The notes below the pieces were generated by a model. That model saw nothing but the letters and a program-made list of their open reading frames with translations, did not search any database and had not been told where the DNA came from. DNA of 61,462 nt, filler included, from Sphacelaria rigidula (Eukaryota): NCBI GenBank assembly GCA_964200075.2. It is 10 parts of 10 records of this genome, joined end to end, with 100 filler letters (N's around TTAATTAATTAA, not from the genome) between each part and the next. Parts side by side here need not be neighbours in the genome. Positions count along the whole stretch, not along the records: positions 6,158 to 12,214 come from CAXNAA020022529.1; positions 12,315 to 18,371 come from CAXNAA020022530.1; positions 18,472 to 24,528 come from CAXNAA020022531.1; 7 more parts are not named here. One strand, given 5' to 3'. This document shows positions 9,874 through 22,041 of this stretch, one piece after another. Positions within the stretch are counted from its first letter, which is position 1. Each line of letters starts with the position of its first letter. Both the position numbers and the translations under genes were made by a program.

Positions 9874-11450
9874 CTGATGAGGAGTAACCGTTCGCGGTAG
9901 GGACAATCGGCAAAACACAGGAGGTTTCTCGTGTCAGCTTCAGGAGAAAGCGAGTTGATAAAAAACACTATCGTCGCACATTAATGGGAAGAACAGGAGC
10001 TACCTGAGCCTACTGAAATGACACTTTACATAAACGGATCGCCACGACTACAACTTCAGTGCCCAATGTAATTCAAGCGCATCGGACTTCCTCACCAATA
10101 CGGCTGTATGAATCTGAAGTACATATAGCATTGAAAGGATACAGGAGGTGAATGAAAGCAGACAAGCTTGAACGTAAAATACCAAGCCGTGATTCACCGG
10201 ACATGATACATGCAGTATTACACAATTCAAGGCTTGTAGAACACCTGCCAGCATTTTGGGAAGTTGCCCTACACCGGCAGAATACCTGACAACGTTGGAG
10301 GTGATCATATACACCAACAAAGTTAGGGGAAATCGTCCTGAACTCGAAGATGCCTGACCATCTCCCGAGCTACTGGCCTGGTTCGATCCTGTTCTATTTC
10401 ACGGCTTCAAGATATAAATAGAAGAGGGATGTCTTTCGTTCTCAACAGCGGTACAAGCGACCGTCGAAAGCAAGTTATATCAATTTCGGTACCGACATTG
10501 GTATGTGCACACGCGCAAAAAAGTATACATATCTGCCGAATCTCATTACACGCGCACATGTGCTCCTATGCTTGGATATCTTCATCTCTCTTGTCATATC
10601 GGGTACCGTGGAAACCAACAGTTATGTATTGTTCTAGTTTTCACGTCAATCACACGTGATTCCATACGTCGGGTTATCTGATATTTGCTTTAGTCACTTC
10701 CACGTCATAATTTTCGGCTCGTATCACATCTGTATGGTGTGCATTGTAGTACACCGCGTGTTGTCGCCAGGGTCAGAGTGTCAATGTCAGGGAAGGGCCG
10801 GAAGTTGAGTAGAGCGAGAGACTGTCGGGAGAAACAACAAGACTTGCAGTATAATACATTGCACATCTGTTGGGTGAGTATGTTACGTCTGTACATGATT
10901 GGTGCAAACATTCTAGATGGCGCCGACATGACGATAATCGTCACCGTAAAGGCCCTTCCCTTTACAACCCTTGTGGAAACCGGCAGACGCCTGACAAGGG
11001 TGAAATATCTCAAACGCACCAATATCTGACTCAACGTTCGTTAATTGTCTGTCAGACTACCAGAATATCACCTTCGTTTGACGTACGTTTTAGCCTGATC
11101 GGGTGTCATCCAGCCTGTGTCGAACACACATCCTACGGTAAACATGTACTCCCTCTGATCGCGAATATCAGGGATGTAGGGACAACGCGCGGTCTAACTC
11201 GGGCCCATGGTAGGGTTTTCGCGAACCGTTGTTTTTGCCGTTTCTCCACGTTTATTCAGAACAACTAGGACAGGTTTTCTCAATTCTTCTCCCGAAAAGG
11301 GTTCCCCTACCCCAGCAGAAGCAGCTCGATATCACCACTCCTTCTCATCGTGTGATGAGGCATGCCTGCTGCTGGGAGTGAAGGTTAATCGCAACAAATT
11401 TCAACAACTTTGAGAAAGACGAAGTGATTCGGTACCTCCTTGCTGGCAGC

Positions 11451-11494
11451 TTAGGCTTAGGCTTAGGGTTAGGGTTGGGGTTGGGGTTAAGCTT
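11451..11494 (+). repeat. short degenerate interstitial TTAGGG-like tract
   Basis: TTAGGCTTAGGCTTAGGGTTAGGGTTGGGGTTGGGG. Confidence 0.6.
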
Positions 11495-11551
11495 AGAGTG
11501 AGGCAACCGGGGAATGATAGACAATCATCCCCCCCCCCCCTCCCCCCACGT

Positions 11552-12214
11552 TCACACAGTACAGATGGCAGCAGCTAAGAAGATACTTGGATGCTCGAAA
11601 ACGACGAGTAATACAGCACTGAGAGTAGAGTTGGGAATGTACTCACTTGAAACAGAGACATGAGGAAATTGAGATGGCAATACGGCGTAAAGAACATGCA
11701 GATAAATAGATTGCCAGCTACAGTTGATAAGGCTATATGGAAGAAAAGCACGAAATGGCGTGCTATAAGGTGGGATAGAGATGTCGAGAAAGTGTGGAAG
11801 GAGATGGGAGGGAACCAACACGAGATACTGTTCATACATGAAGACGCGGGGTACGAGGCAAAAGTGGGAGATCTAATCGAAATAAGGGGAAACGGTGCGC
11901 CCAGACGCAAAGTAGACGAGAAAGAACACCTGGAGATATACGGGTGGTTGAGAGAGGGGATAGGGATGACAGCATATTTGCATGGTCCCATGGACGCTGC
12001 AAAGAATATGAAACTGCGATTTCGGGTGGGGGACCTGGATCTGCTAGAAAGAAGAAAGAGATATACCAGTCGTCAAAGGTAGGAGGAGGTAAATGGGCAG
12101 AACTGCCTCTGTGGCGAAGGAATAGAGAGTAGAAGTCATATAGTGGCAGAATGTGAACTATGCAAGGAGGAACGAGACGTGCTAGAGGGGGAAATGCGGG
12201 ACGTGAACGAAGGT
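11552..12214 (+). mobile_element. LINE family A, ORF2 C-terminal fragment (frameshifted, with stop)
   Basis: TVQMAAAKKILGCSKTTSNTALRVELG (post-RT region) through CLCGEGIESRSHIVAEC (CCHC-like finger); homologous to 18551-19387; preceded by a C-run at 11529-11547. Confidence 0.85.
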
Positions 12215-12314
12215 NNNNNNNNNNNNNNNNNNNNNNNNNNNNNNNNNNNNNNNNNNNNTTAATTAATTAANNNNNNNNNNNNNNNNNNNNNNNNNNNNNN
12301 NNNNNNNNNNNNNN

Positions 12315-12370
12315 GTTACTTGCCTTAGTCGTTTGACGATTGACCACGCATCCCGTTCGAGATGGAGTAC
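12315..12370 (-). mobile_element. LINE family A, very short 3' fragment
   Basis: Matches 906-960; followed by G-rich 12371-12392. Confidence 0.7.
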
Positions 12371-12672
12371 GGGGGAGCAGGGGGGGAAGGGGATTATTTG
12401 TGTACTCGACCCTGCGGATGGAGTGCGCCATCGCTTGGAGGTGGAAAAAGCCTCTTCTCAAACATCAGTATTAATATTTTTTCAAACTATGACGTGTGCC
12501 ATTACGCAACGCACACAACTGTCACCGGTTCTCATGTATCTTGAAAGTCGATTCACGGAGCGTGGCGGCGTAAGCCTCCGAAACTCTTGTATGTATGTAT
12601 ATAGGCACATATTTCGGCTACATCGGGAAAACATCGTCAGATTCTACTGATACACACCGCTAACCATCACAC

Positions 12673-12779
12673 CTTCAACAGATGTCGCCTGAGCCGTACG
12701 TTATCACCGCCGTCAATCTCATTGTCGATGTAGTGATTTCCACCCTCAGCACCATACCGGTCGGATGTGTCTTCGGCTG
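12673..12779 (-). CDS. exon 4 of unknown multi-exon gene fragment
   Basis: TAG/CAG tandem acceptor and AAG|GTGTGA donor; phase 1 fits the preceding exon; encodes AAEDTSDRY...LRRHLLK. Confidence 0.6.
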
Positions 12780-13207
12780 CTATCAACCAGGCAACGACAA
12801 AAAGGCGGGAACGAAAAAAACGTCACATGAGAGGCGTTTCGTTGAATGCTGTTCGACAGCTGTTGTCTGTTCTTCCACCCACGAGACATCAACAGCAGCA
12901 AAACATATCACAAGGCGGCATCCCACAAAACAAACAACACAAACAAAACCATAAAATCTTGACATCAAGTATACAACCACTGCTCGTACCTCGCCATTAA
13001 GCTGTGACCCTGAAAAACAAGCAAAAACGCGAAGAACTGTACAACAGTGGTCGTGTGCACCCTACAAGTTTTTTGTCCCGGTCAGGCGTGAAAACACAAA
13101 CATGTCACTTGACAACGCTCATCTGCGGATCTGTGTGAGCACCGAACATGCGAATGCACCATGCTGATCTGCCCCCCCCCCAAACAAGCAGGACAAGACT
13201 AACGCAC

Positions 13208-13472
13208 CGCCGCAGCGAGACGCCCTGCTTCGTTCGCCGAGAAAATCACCACCCCCTTCATCGAAACTGTGCCGCCTTGGCCGCTTGCCAGCAGGACGAC
13301 CGCCTGCTTCACCGCAGGCGCTACCTGCACCCTCACATCCCACGTTGCGGTCGGGGTTTGCTGGGGCCACCCAGTTTCCTTCAGTAGAGGCATTCGTATC
13401 TCCCGCCACATCACTTCCGTCGTTTGCTACCGTTAGCCGCCGCTTCTTATCGACAGAAGTGGAAGCGGGGGC

Positions 13473-13507
<35 letters not shown>

Positions 13508-14550
13508 GATCACCGCCAGGCCCTCCTGCTGGAGACGTCTGGTACTTGGTAGAGGCAGACGACTTACCAGCGACGTTTCCTCTCATGCGGACGTTGTCGT
13601 TGTTGGGAAGCAGGTCATGGTCATCGTCGCCGCCGTCGTCATTCGAGGAGGGACTCTCAGCCCCGTCAGTACGTCGCCCAGCTCCATCGCCCTCACCATC
13701 GTCGACTTTGTTCTCGGCAGGCGAGCGCGCCGCTCCTGTTTCTGCCGCCCCGGCGGAAGCCCTCGATGGTTTCCCATCGGCTGCCTCCAAGGATTGGGCA
13801 GACGATTTCTTCGCAGCCTTCTTCGTGACATCAGTCGGTCTGCTGATCACTTCGACAGGCGGAGAGTCTTCGCCGTCCGACCGCATCATTATCGCAATTT
13901 CATTTTCGAGCGCCTTTGACGTCTCACTTTCGATCATCGCGAGACACTCCCTCTCGTAATCCTCGCGAGTGCGCGGCACCAGCAAATGCACAATCTCGTC
14001 TATACTCATCGTCGCTCCGGGGAAGACTGGATTGCCTCCTCCTACAACGGCCCCGCCGGCCTCGCCGGCGCCACCGGGGCCATCGTCGCCATCGTCATCC
14101 GGTGTGCCGTCAGAATCCGGTAGACATTCGCCGTGATCCTTGCGTTTACTCCTCGGCAGATCTTCATCTTTCCCACGCTTTGGCTCAGCCGGATCGATCA
14201 CGTCGCTTCGTCTCTTGCCCTTGGTTTCCAAAGGACGTTCTTTGGACTGCGATAAATCAACTGCCGTCGTGCTCGAGACCGGCGGGGTGGTTTTCTCTTC
14301 TTCCTTGCAGTCGCGGCCCTCGCCGTCTGTCCCAACCCCGGCCTCGGATCCATTTTCCTTATGCCCAGTTTTAGCTGAGGGTGTCCCTCCTTGCTTCGCG
14401 TCGGCCTTGGTCGAGGGCGTTGCTTGCTCCTTCGAGTCTGCCTTTCCCCGAGGCCTCGCCTCACTCGACGCCGGCAACGAGGGCGGTGATGCAGCGGAGT
14501 TGGCATGCGTCTCCGGGGCCGAGATGCTGCCGTCCTTCACCGGGCGCGGG
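13208..14550 (-). CDS. exon 3: large acidic/low-complexity exon with poly-Ala
   Basis: Lies within a 490-codon ORF with GC-rich coding-like composition; acceptor CCTTTTAG at 14551, donor GCG|GTGCGT at 13207. Confidence 0.8.
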
Positions 14551-16220
14551 CTAAAAGGCAAGCGGAAAGAGAGCGCACGCCCATTTATCAACAGAGTGTC
14601 CGTGAATCACGCAACGAATCGCAACAACACGCCCCGACGAACGAGGACGATTGATAATACAGAGCCCCGCCCGGGCAAAAAGTGGCCGCAGTACATACAT
14701 AAATGAACAGAATCAGAAAAATGGCGAACGGGGGAACAGGGAGAGCAGGCGCGGTCCAGGAGTTTGTTGTGGTTTCTCCCGTTACGCTGTTGTGACAACC
14801 TTTACGGGGTACAACGCGAACAAGGGACAGGCAGGCGCGCGACCCAGTCATACCATCTTTCAGGTCACGAAGGGTGAACACAACACAGCAGTGTCCTACA
14901 CGCGGGGGTCGGCGAGCGTCCTCGAGCCCCTAACAAACACAAAACAAGATGGCATGTGATGGCGCTTCCAAAGCGCCCAGCTACGAGGCGAAATAGCGGA
15001 CATCCAAAGCGACCATTTCATTTAGGGGAAACCGAGGGGACTGACCAACTACAGGCCGTGATTCTCGCCGTGATTCTTCCCTCCCCCCGGAGGCTTTTGG
15101 CGATGAGGGAAACCCCAAAATGGATGGCCGAAACCGCGAATTATTTGCAATATTGACACATTCAAAGGCTGTGCTCTCTTTAGACAGGGTATATGCCCTG
15201 AAGTGGGAGAATTTCGGTTGGTATACTTGACCATATCGGAACGTGTACCGAGCATTCCGGTATGCTGCGATAGGTTATCGAGCTCTGATTCCAACACTCT
15301 GGTTTGATTCGGAAGGGCATTTACCGTAAAAATATATCTTTTACACCTCTGTAAATCCCCCGATTTCATTGGATATGTCCTTTAGAAAACAAGCTAGTAA
15401 CCTTCTTCGGAGCCAAAGAGACGAAATCATGCTTGGCAAAGCCGCAGTAGGACCGGCTCTTTGCATTTACGGAAAACCAACAGTGCGTGGCAAAGAGCCG
15501 GTTCTGCTGACTGGTTCCATCTACAGGGTTCACCAGTCAATGCCATGTCAGGGATACGAAACGCTAGCAGCGTCGTCAGAATAAATGGATATTTGAGTTG
15601 ACGCCTTTCGTCTCGCATTCATTTTTGGACAGTTTCAGGTACCCCCGTAGACTTTCTGGACAGTTTCAGGTACTTCGAGAGCTTCAGAGAATGTTGTGAG
15701 GGGAATTTGACAATTTCAGGTATATCTGGTGCCTTTTCGGCAATTATCACACCCTGGACAATAGAATACACTGTCAAAAGGTGTGATGCGTACAGTATCG
15801 ACTATTGCGCACATTGCAACAGACAATAGATTCCATACTGTACGCAGTACATTTTTTGCAACATAATCTTTTGTCCAGGGTGTGGTAATTATCAGGAATT
15901 TTGCGTCCTCCGTCAATCACATGGTAAAATCTGGGGCATTCAATATTGTTCCGGGGCTGCACCTGAAAGTGTTCCAGAAATGCTCAGGTATACTTCAGCG
16001 TGACCGTTTACAGTTCATGCTCATATACTACGGTGAGTGCTCATGTCCAACTCGCTCTCCTATCCTGTGTCGACCATGTGCTCGACACTACAGCGTCAGC
16101 ACACACATCAAGTAATCGGACGATGAGCGTAGGCTGTCGAGCATTGAAAGTGTCATAACTCTCATGTGTTTCGAGCAGCTGCCGCAATCCTGCACGCGAG
16201 GTTTGGCACGAGAAACCGAC

Positions 16221-16459
16221 CTTCGGAGTGGTTCAATCCAGCGGATGAGCTCAGCGCTTGCGGACCGCAGCTCCCCGCAGACAGGATCGGCATTCGCTGC
16301 CCTGTCGTTAAAAATTGCTACGAAGCGCTTCTTGGAGTTCTTGACCCCCGGCTTGTCAACCCAGTGCTTGGCTGCCGCCGGCTCGTCCAGTTTCGCATAT
16401 CGCGCCTGCCGAAATGAAGCAGCGGCATTTATATCCACAGCAATGTCATCCATCTGGCA
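16221..16459 (-). CDS. exon 2 of unknown gene fragment
   Basis: Open frame MDDIAVD...WIEPLR; acceptor TTTAG (alternative CAG gives start 16453); donor AAG|GTCGGT is phase 2, matching the acceptor at 14550. Confidence 0.6.
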
Positions 16460-16747
16460 CTAAATGTCGGTACTGGAGACATGGCGGGGATCATGCCGCC
16501 ACAGCAAGGTACTGTATATCGGGCAGCTTGAAGCTGAAAACAGTCATTAGGGGCGCGATTAGAGCGTGAACACCAGGCTTCATTTCTGGTGAAGGTACTC
16601 GCAAAACGGTATTGATTGCCAGCGTTTTATAATAGATATTTCACGTGGCATAAATATATTCCGCGCACAAGAACAAAAAAGAAAAACTTTGGAGAATTTC
16701 TTGCCGATGCTAGTCTCCGATTGGTAGCGCATTCATTCTTTGTTTTC

Positions 16748-16959
16748 CACGGTTCTTCGCGTTACACGTCACAAAGTTCGTTACACGTCACAAGTTCAGT
16801 CAGGCTAGTATTACCGTGGGGCCCTACGTGGTCCCCCACCGTAGTACTAGCCAGGCCCGACGCTCAATTTGATTTGACTTGACTTTACCCAGGGCTCCGT
16901 TTGTAACGATTTCTGTGACGTGTAACGTTAAGGTGTGACGTGTAACGTAAAGAGCCCTG
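16748..16959. mobile_element. intronic MITE, hAT-like CAGGG termini
   Basis: CACGGTTCTT..CGTTACACGTCAC (twice) mirrored by GTGACGTGTAACG (twice)..AAGAGCCCTG; internal hairpin 16803-16852. Confidence 0.7.
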
Positions 16960-17541
16960 ATACTTTCCACACCACTACTATTCCACTGGTAGTGTGACCG
17001 TTTCATCAACAAACGCATGCTCTCTCTCTTTTCATGGTTGTCGTGATGCCGGAGATCAACTTTTCCCCTTACTACACTTGCAGCGTTTTCACGCACACGA
17101 ACACGTAGCAAACAAAAATGACTCAAATCGACAAAGAACACACACAAGAACAAAAACAAATCCCACACCGACGTACCCGAGGGTACTCCAACACCCCCTG
17201 ATAATTGGAAAAAAAATCAAAAAGCCCAAGCCACAAGTTTTTTTTTTTTTTTTTTATTTCTATATTTAACATAATTTTTTTTTTTTATTATTTTTTTTTT
17301 TTTTTCTTGTTTTCTAATTTGCACATCTCCNNNNNNNNNNACCCCACACAAACACACCCAAAAAAAAAACAACACCCACAAAAAAAAAAAAAAAAAAAAA
17401 AAAAGCCCAAGCCACAAGTTTTTTTTTTTTTCATTTCGACCACTCTAGGACATGAGGTCTTATTTTCATTTTTTTTTATATGTAGCCCCGGATGAAGTAA
17501 GGAAAAGGACCGGTCCGTGGCACCGGTTTTTGGGGGTTCAC

Positions 17542-17632
17542 CTTCCTCTCGTCTGATCGTTGCGCCTTGTCGCCGGCAGGTGTTTCGCCCGTGAGAAGGT
17601 TGACCAAGCCCGACTTGGCGTCCCAGTTGAAC
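17542..17632 (-). CDS. exon 1 (most 5' exon visible) of unknown gene fragment
   Basis: TTAG acceptor, FNWDAKSGLVNLLTGETPAGDKAQRSDERK, donor AAG|GTGAAC; phase 0 matches the next exon. Confidence 0.55.
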
Positions 17633-18007
17633 CTAATGCTGAGATGTATGGCATGGTCTATTGCAATCTGCAGGAGCTGCCAGTTTGAAAACGGGGAGCA
17701 CAAAAATTGACATCGCGATTGCGCGCCGTCAGAAAACATCATACTTCGTGCGCGCGGGGTGTACTCGCGATTTTGCATGCCATAGTCATCAGACCATTGA
17801 CCTCCCATTCCTACAAAGACGGGGCGGAGCACGCCGGGTCGTCACGGACCAGGCCCGCAGTCAATCACCAAGGGCGAAGCACGGTCATTTGCTCAGCGAG
17901 TCGCATGAAGAGCAAGCTATATCCTACTGACATTGTTCGGCCCGAACCGTGCTTATTTTCTTGCATCTGCACGCGAAGGGAGGGGGCGGCAGGGGGGGGG
18001 GGGGGGG

Positions 18008-18371
18008 TCGCCATTTTTTTGTTCGCGGGGTTGTTTGCCCTTTGACCACGCATCCCTTTCGAGACAGAACACTGTTCGTACTCCTAACAGAGACACCTCC
18101 AACATTCCGGCGTTTATCACGTTCCTTCCACACATTGGACAAAAACCTTTTACATATCTTATCCCCGTCCTGTTTCGCCGTCTGTGGCCACCATCTATCT
18201 TCTAGTATAGCCATCGTTTTCTCGCGAGTGTCTAATGCATCGAACGATATCATGCCAAAATTGTTCACGTCCCGAATTTCCCCCTCCAGCACGTCCCGTT
18301 CCTCCTTGTATAGTTCACATTCTGCCGCTATATGACTTCTGATCTCTATTGCGTTGCCACAGAGGCAGTTC
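18008..18371 (-). mobile_element. LINE family A 3' fragment
   Basis: LEGEIRDVN..WWPQTAKQDGDKICKRFLSNVWKER; 3' end abuts a G-run at 17992-18007. Confidence 0.85.
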
Positions 18372-18471
18372 NNNNNNNNNNNNNNNNNNNNNNNNNNNNN
18401 NNNNNNNNNNNNNNNTTAATTAATTAANNNNNNNNNNNNNNNNNNNNNNNNNNNNNNNNNNNNNNNNNNNN

Positions 18472-18542
18472 GTTCCGACTCCCAATAGAGACACCTCCAA
18501 CATTCCGGCGCTCATTACGTTTCCCCCATGCATTACACAAAA
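18472..18542 (-). mobile_element. LINE family A short second copy, head-to-tail after the long copy
   Basis: Repeats 18615-18685; separated from the long copy by G8 at 18543-18550. Confidence 0.7.
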
Positions 18543-18550
18543 GGGGGGGG

Positions 18551-19387
18551 TACTCATTTGCTGCTCATTTAAGTTATTTGACCATTGACCACGCATCCCT
18601 TGCGACGGAGCACCGTTCCTACTCCTAATAGAGACACCTCCAACATTTGGCCGCTCATAAGGTTTCTTCCATAAATTACAGAGAAACCCTCCACATATCT
18701 TATCCCTTTCCTGATCTGCCGTCTGTGACCACCATCCATCTCCTAGTATAGCCATCGTTTTCCCCCTACTGTCTAGTGTATCAAATGGTATCATGTCACC
18801 TTCGTTCACGTCCCGCATTTCTCCCTCTAGCACGTCCCAATCCTCCTCGTATATCTCACATTCTGCAATTCTATGACTTCCGCTCCCTGTTACTTTGCCA
18901 CAGGGGCAATTCTGTGCATCTACCTTCTCCTCCACACGACTACTGGTAAATCTCTTTCTCCTTCCTGGCAGGTCCAGGTCACCCACCTGAGATCGCAATT
19001 TCAAAATTTTCGCCGCGTCCATGGGGCCATGAAAACATGTTTTCATCCCTATTCCCTCTCTCAACCCCCCGTATATCTTCAGGTGTTTTTCCCAGTCTAC
19101 TTTGCGTCTGAGCGCTCCTTTTCCCCATATTTTTATCACGTCTCTTACTTTTGTCTTGTACCCCACGCCTTCACCTATGAAAAACATTTCATATTGGTTT
19201 CCTCCTATCTCCTTCCATTCTTTCTCGACTTCTTCATCCCACTCTATCCCAGCCCGCTCTTTCGTACGTTTCTTCCATACAGCCCCATCAACTACGGCTG
19301 GCAATCTCTTTCTCTGCATGTTTTTTAAGCTATATTGCTATCGCAGTTTTTTCGTGTATCTGTTAGTTTTAAGTGAGCATGCCACAT
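18551..19387 (-). mobile_element. LINE family A ORF2 C-terminus and 3' end
   Basis: Long open frame including CPCGKVTGSGSHRIAEC; homologous to 11660-12214. Confidence 0.88.
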
Positions 19388-20071
19388 GGGGTTGAGAATA
19401 GCTGTTTCCTCGTCACCTAAAACACATTTTTTATGAACACGTGGAGGTTGGAAATTTCCATCGTAAATAGTTCCGGAGAACCCCTACGAAGCATGCCGAG
19501 TACTGAAAACACCTGAAATAGGGTACCCAGTGATATATGTCCTCCATAGTGTGAGATCAATTTATTTTATTTGCGCGTAACTATTTTTAACTGGACTACT
19601 ACGTTTTATGTGTTAGACCTAGATTAATGTTTTACTACGTGGAACCGGTTTACCCAGCTGTCTAGTGCGTGCAGAGTCAGTACGTATGATATGCTTCATG
19701 TCTTCGCTGGATAAGACGGCAAGAGAGTGAGCGTGCCATCGCTCTTGACTGAACACAGCCTACTGCATGCTGCTGATGTCTGCTTACTGCCCCACACAAA
19801 CACTACATCGAGTGTGAAGATAGGCTGGGAACACAAGAGCGGTCAGGCAGGCGGCACAGACCACGAGCAAGGTAAAAAGCACATATTTTGTGCCCATATT
19901 ATCTGTGTGGTTGAATGGTCGAAAGCTAAACGGGGAACACGGCGAGCCCGCGAGGTAGTTAGTCTATCTGTAGGGCAAACACTGACATTTTGACCGATCA
20001 TAACTCTCAAAATGGTCACTCCGCTCCTCTCGGGCATCGTTCCTGAATCGCAAATTTCTGTGGGAAACTTC

Positions 20072-20100
<29 letters not shown>
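20072..20100. repeat. (CA)n microsatellite
   Basis: Read directly. Confidence 0.9.
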
Positions 20101-20102
<2 letters not shown>

Positions 20103-20123
20103 GTTGGCATAAGGAAACCTAAA

Positions 20124-20434
20124 GAAATGAACGCAAACAATGGTTGGTACTACGGAGATGACGCCAGCCCTAACGCTAATCCTAACCCTAACCCCGACCA
20201 AGGCATACCGACTACCCTCGGGCAAGGGGGGTGCAAAGTGTTTCTTTGGCAAAGTGTGCATTGCCAGAGCTCAAATTGGCGCCTTTGAGCCGATTTTGGA
20301 CCAAAACACGTTCTGGGCGAGCAGGGTCTACTTCTCACTACTGCTCACCTGGCCCAAATAATGAATTTTCTCATAAAATTCTTCAGTCTGAAATCAAGTA
20401 AAATGGAGTACCAACCATTGTTTGCGTACATTTC
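20124..20434. mobile_element. MITE with 28-bp TIRs and an internal CCCTAA-like tract
   Basis: GAAATGAACGCAAACAATGGTTGGTACT ... AGTACCAACCATTGTTTGCGTACATTTC (one mismatch). Confidence 0.75.
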
Positions 20435-20686
20435 CTCACGTCTACTGGTTGGCTTTGTGGCCTTTTCGGCTGTTTTGCGAACAGGCCCTCACTCCCCCCA
20501 CCGGATCTCCCCCGACTGTTAGCCTGTGAAACTGTTCCAAGGCGATGCTTGCGGTCTAGGGCTTGAAAAACATGGGGCGAATATCGAACAAAGCACTTTA
20601 GTAGGAAACTACCCCTGAACTGACAAAACTCCGACTTTTCTCAGAAACCGCAGTGCAGTCTACTTTTGGTATAGACGTAAATCATA

Positions 20687-22041
20687 CACACGTCGGACGA
20701 GCACAAGTACGACTCATGGCACTCGCATTCGTTGGGCTGCTCGTTAGCCGTAAAAAATTAATAGGGCGACTACTCGAGTCATTGCTCGTTGTGCAAAAAA
20801 TGAATAGGGCGAGCACTCGAGTCAGGCCGTGTCGTATGAAGTTATTTTCGACTCGAAAACATACGGTGGACGGTGGGTGGAATCGAATTTGTCTCAACCT
20901 GATACATCTACGGCATGCATGTTTTCAATCATCTGAGGAAATAAATAGCGTGGACGAATCAGAAACGAGCGAATTCGATTCGACCGCACGTTTTCGACAC
21001 CAAAACAATTTGACCCTTAGACAGCGAGCCCCCCGCTGGTAGACTGAGGTAGACACTACACTTTCTGGGTTCAGAATCATTCGTTTGTCACAACTCGAAA
21101 CGCCTACTCTACGGCGGAAGGGACCGGGAGTGCATAAGAAGCACATAGTTGTGAGAGTCAAAACACAGACGGTCGTGTGGTTGTCGACCACCTGATTATT
21201 ACGCCTCATATTTTTGCTGTGCAGTTTGTAGTGTATCGTGCCGCGGCTGCACGTGCGGTCTGCGGCGTACTGGCTCTTAAAGTGTTGAACCTGCCGAGTG
21301 TACGAAGCGTGCGTTTGGATATCGCATCATGACTACCGCCGCGAACGCCCCTGACTAGCGTTGAGCAATTGCTCGGCGATGGCGGTCGCCTCACCGTCGA
21401 AGTACTCGTCTACATCTACGTGCGTACGATACTCGTGGCCGCCGCTCGCGTGTTGCGCCATGACGTTTGATACCAGATGGAGGTGTGGAGCTAGTAGGAC
21501 GCTCACGCAGTACTGAATAGACAGACACAGTGTACCGAACATGCTCACACACCTGCTTTATGGTCATATAATCTATGATTGATTTGGCATGATCAAAATG
21601 AGATTTGAGGGTAGACGGCGAATGTGTCTACCAGCTGTCTACCTCTACCGGAACAAAAGTGCTCATTTTGAAGACCGTGATTGGTCAGAATGGTCGTCCC
21701 GCGCCTCTCGGGCCTCATGCACGGCTCATACTTTTCCGCGGGAAACTTCCACACACGCATGGTTGACTCCGTGAGCTTCTCCGATGCTCCGCGGAGAGAC
21801 CCCCCCTTCCCTCAAAAATCACCCCCCTCGATCCCTGGAAACCTCCGGATGTCTCGAGACTGTCAGCCTGTACAACTGTTCCGAGGCGACGCTCGTCATG
21901 TGAGGGTTAATAAGAACACGGCCTACGTTTTTCGTCCAAAAAAAAAGTAATGACTCGAGCACACGAGTCATGCTCGTTCTGTTTTTAAAAAGCATCCACA
22001 AGTGCACTGGTGTCGACGAGTAATGACCCGTCCGACGTATG
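20687..22041. mobile_element. putative non-autonomous DNA transposon (~1.35 kb)
   Basis: CA(C/T)ACGTCGGACG termini in inverted orientation, ACTCGAG subterminal motifs; the same end occurs at 42950-42997. Confidence 0.5.

Noticed and set aside
11451..11494. True telomere
   Set aside because: Only about seven degenerate units, internal to the contig.
16221..16453. Bromodomain-like resemblance in exon 2
   Set aside because: The conserved aromatic-Asn motif is missing.
17205..17432. Duplicated AAAGCCCAAGCCACAAG-poly(T) with A/T-rich ORFs
   Set aside because: Surrounds a 10-N gap; looks like degraded read ends after homopolymers.
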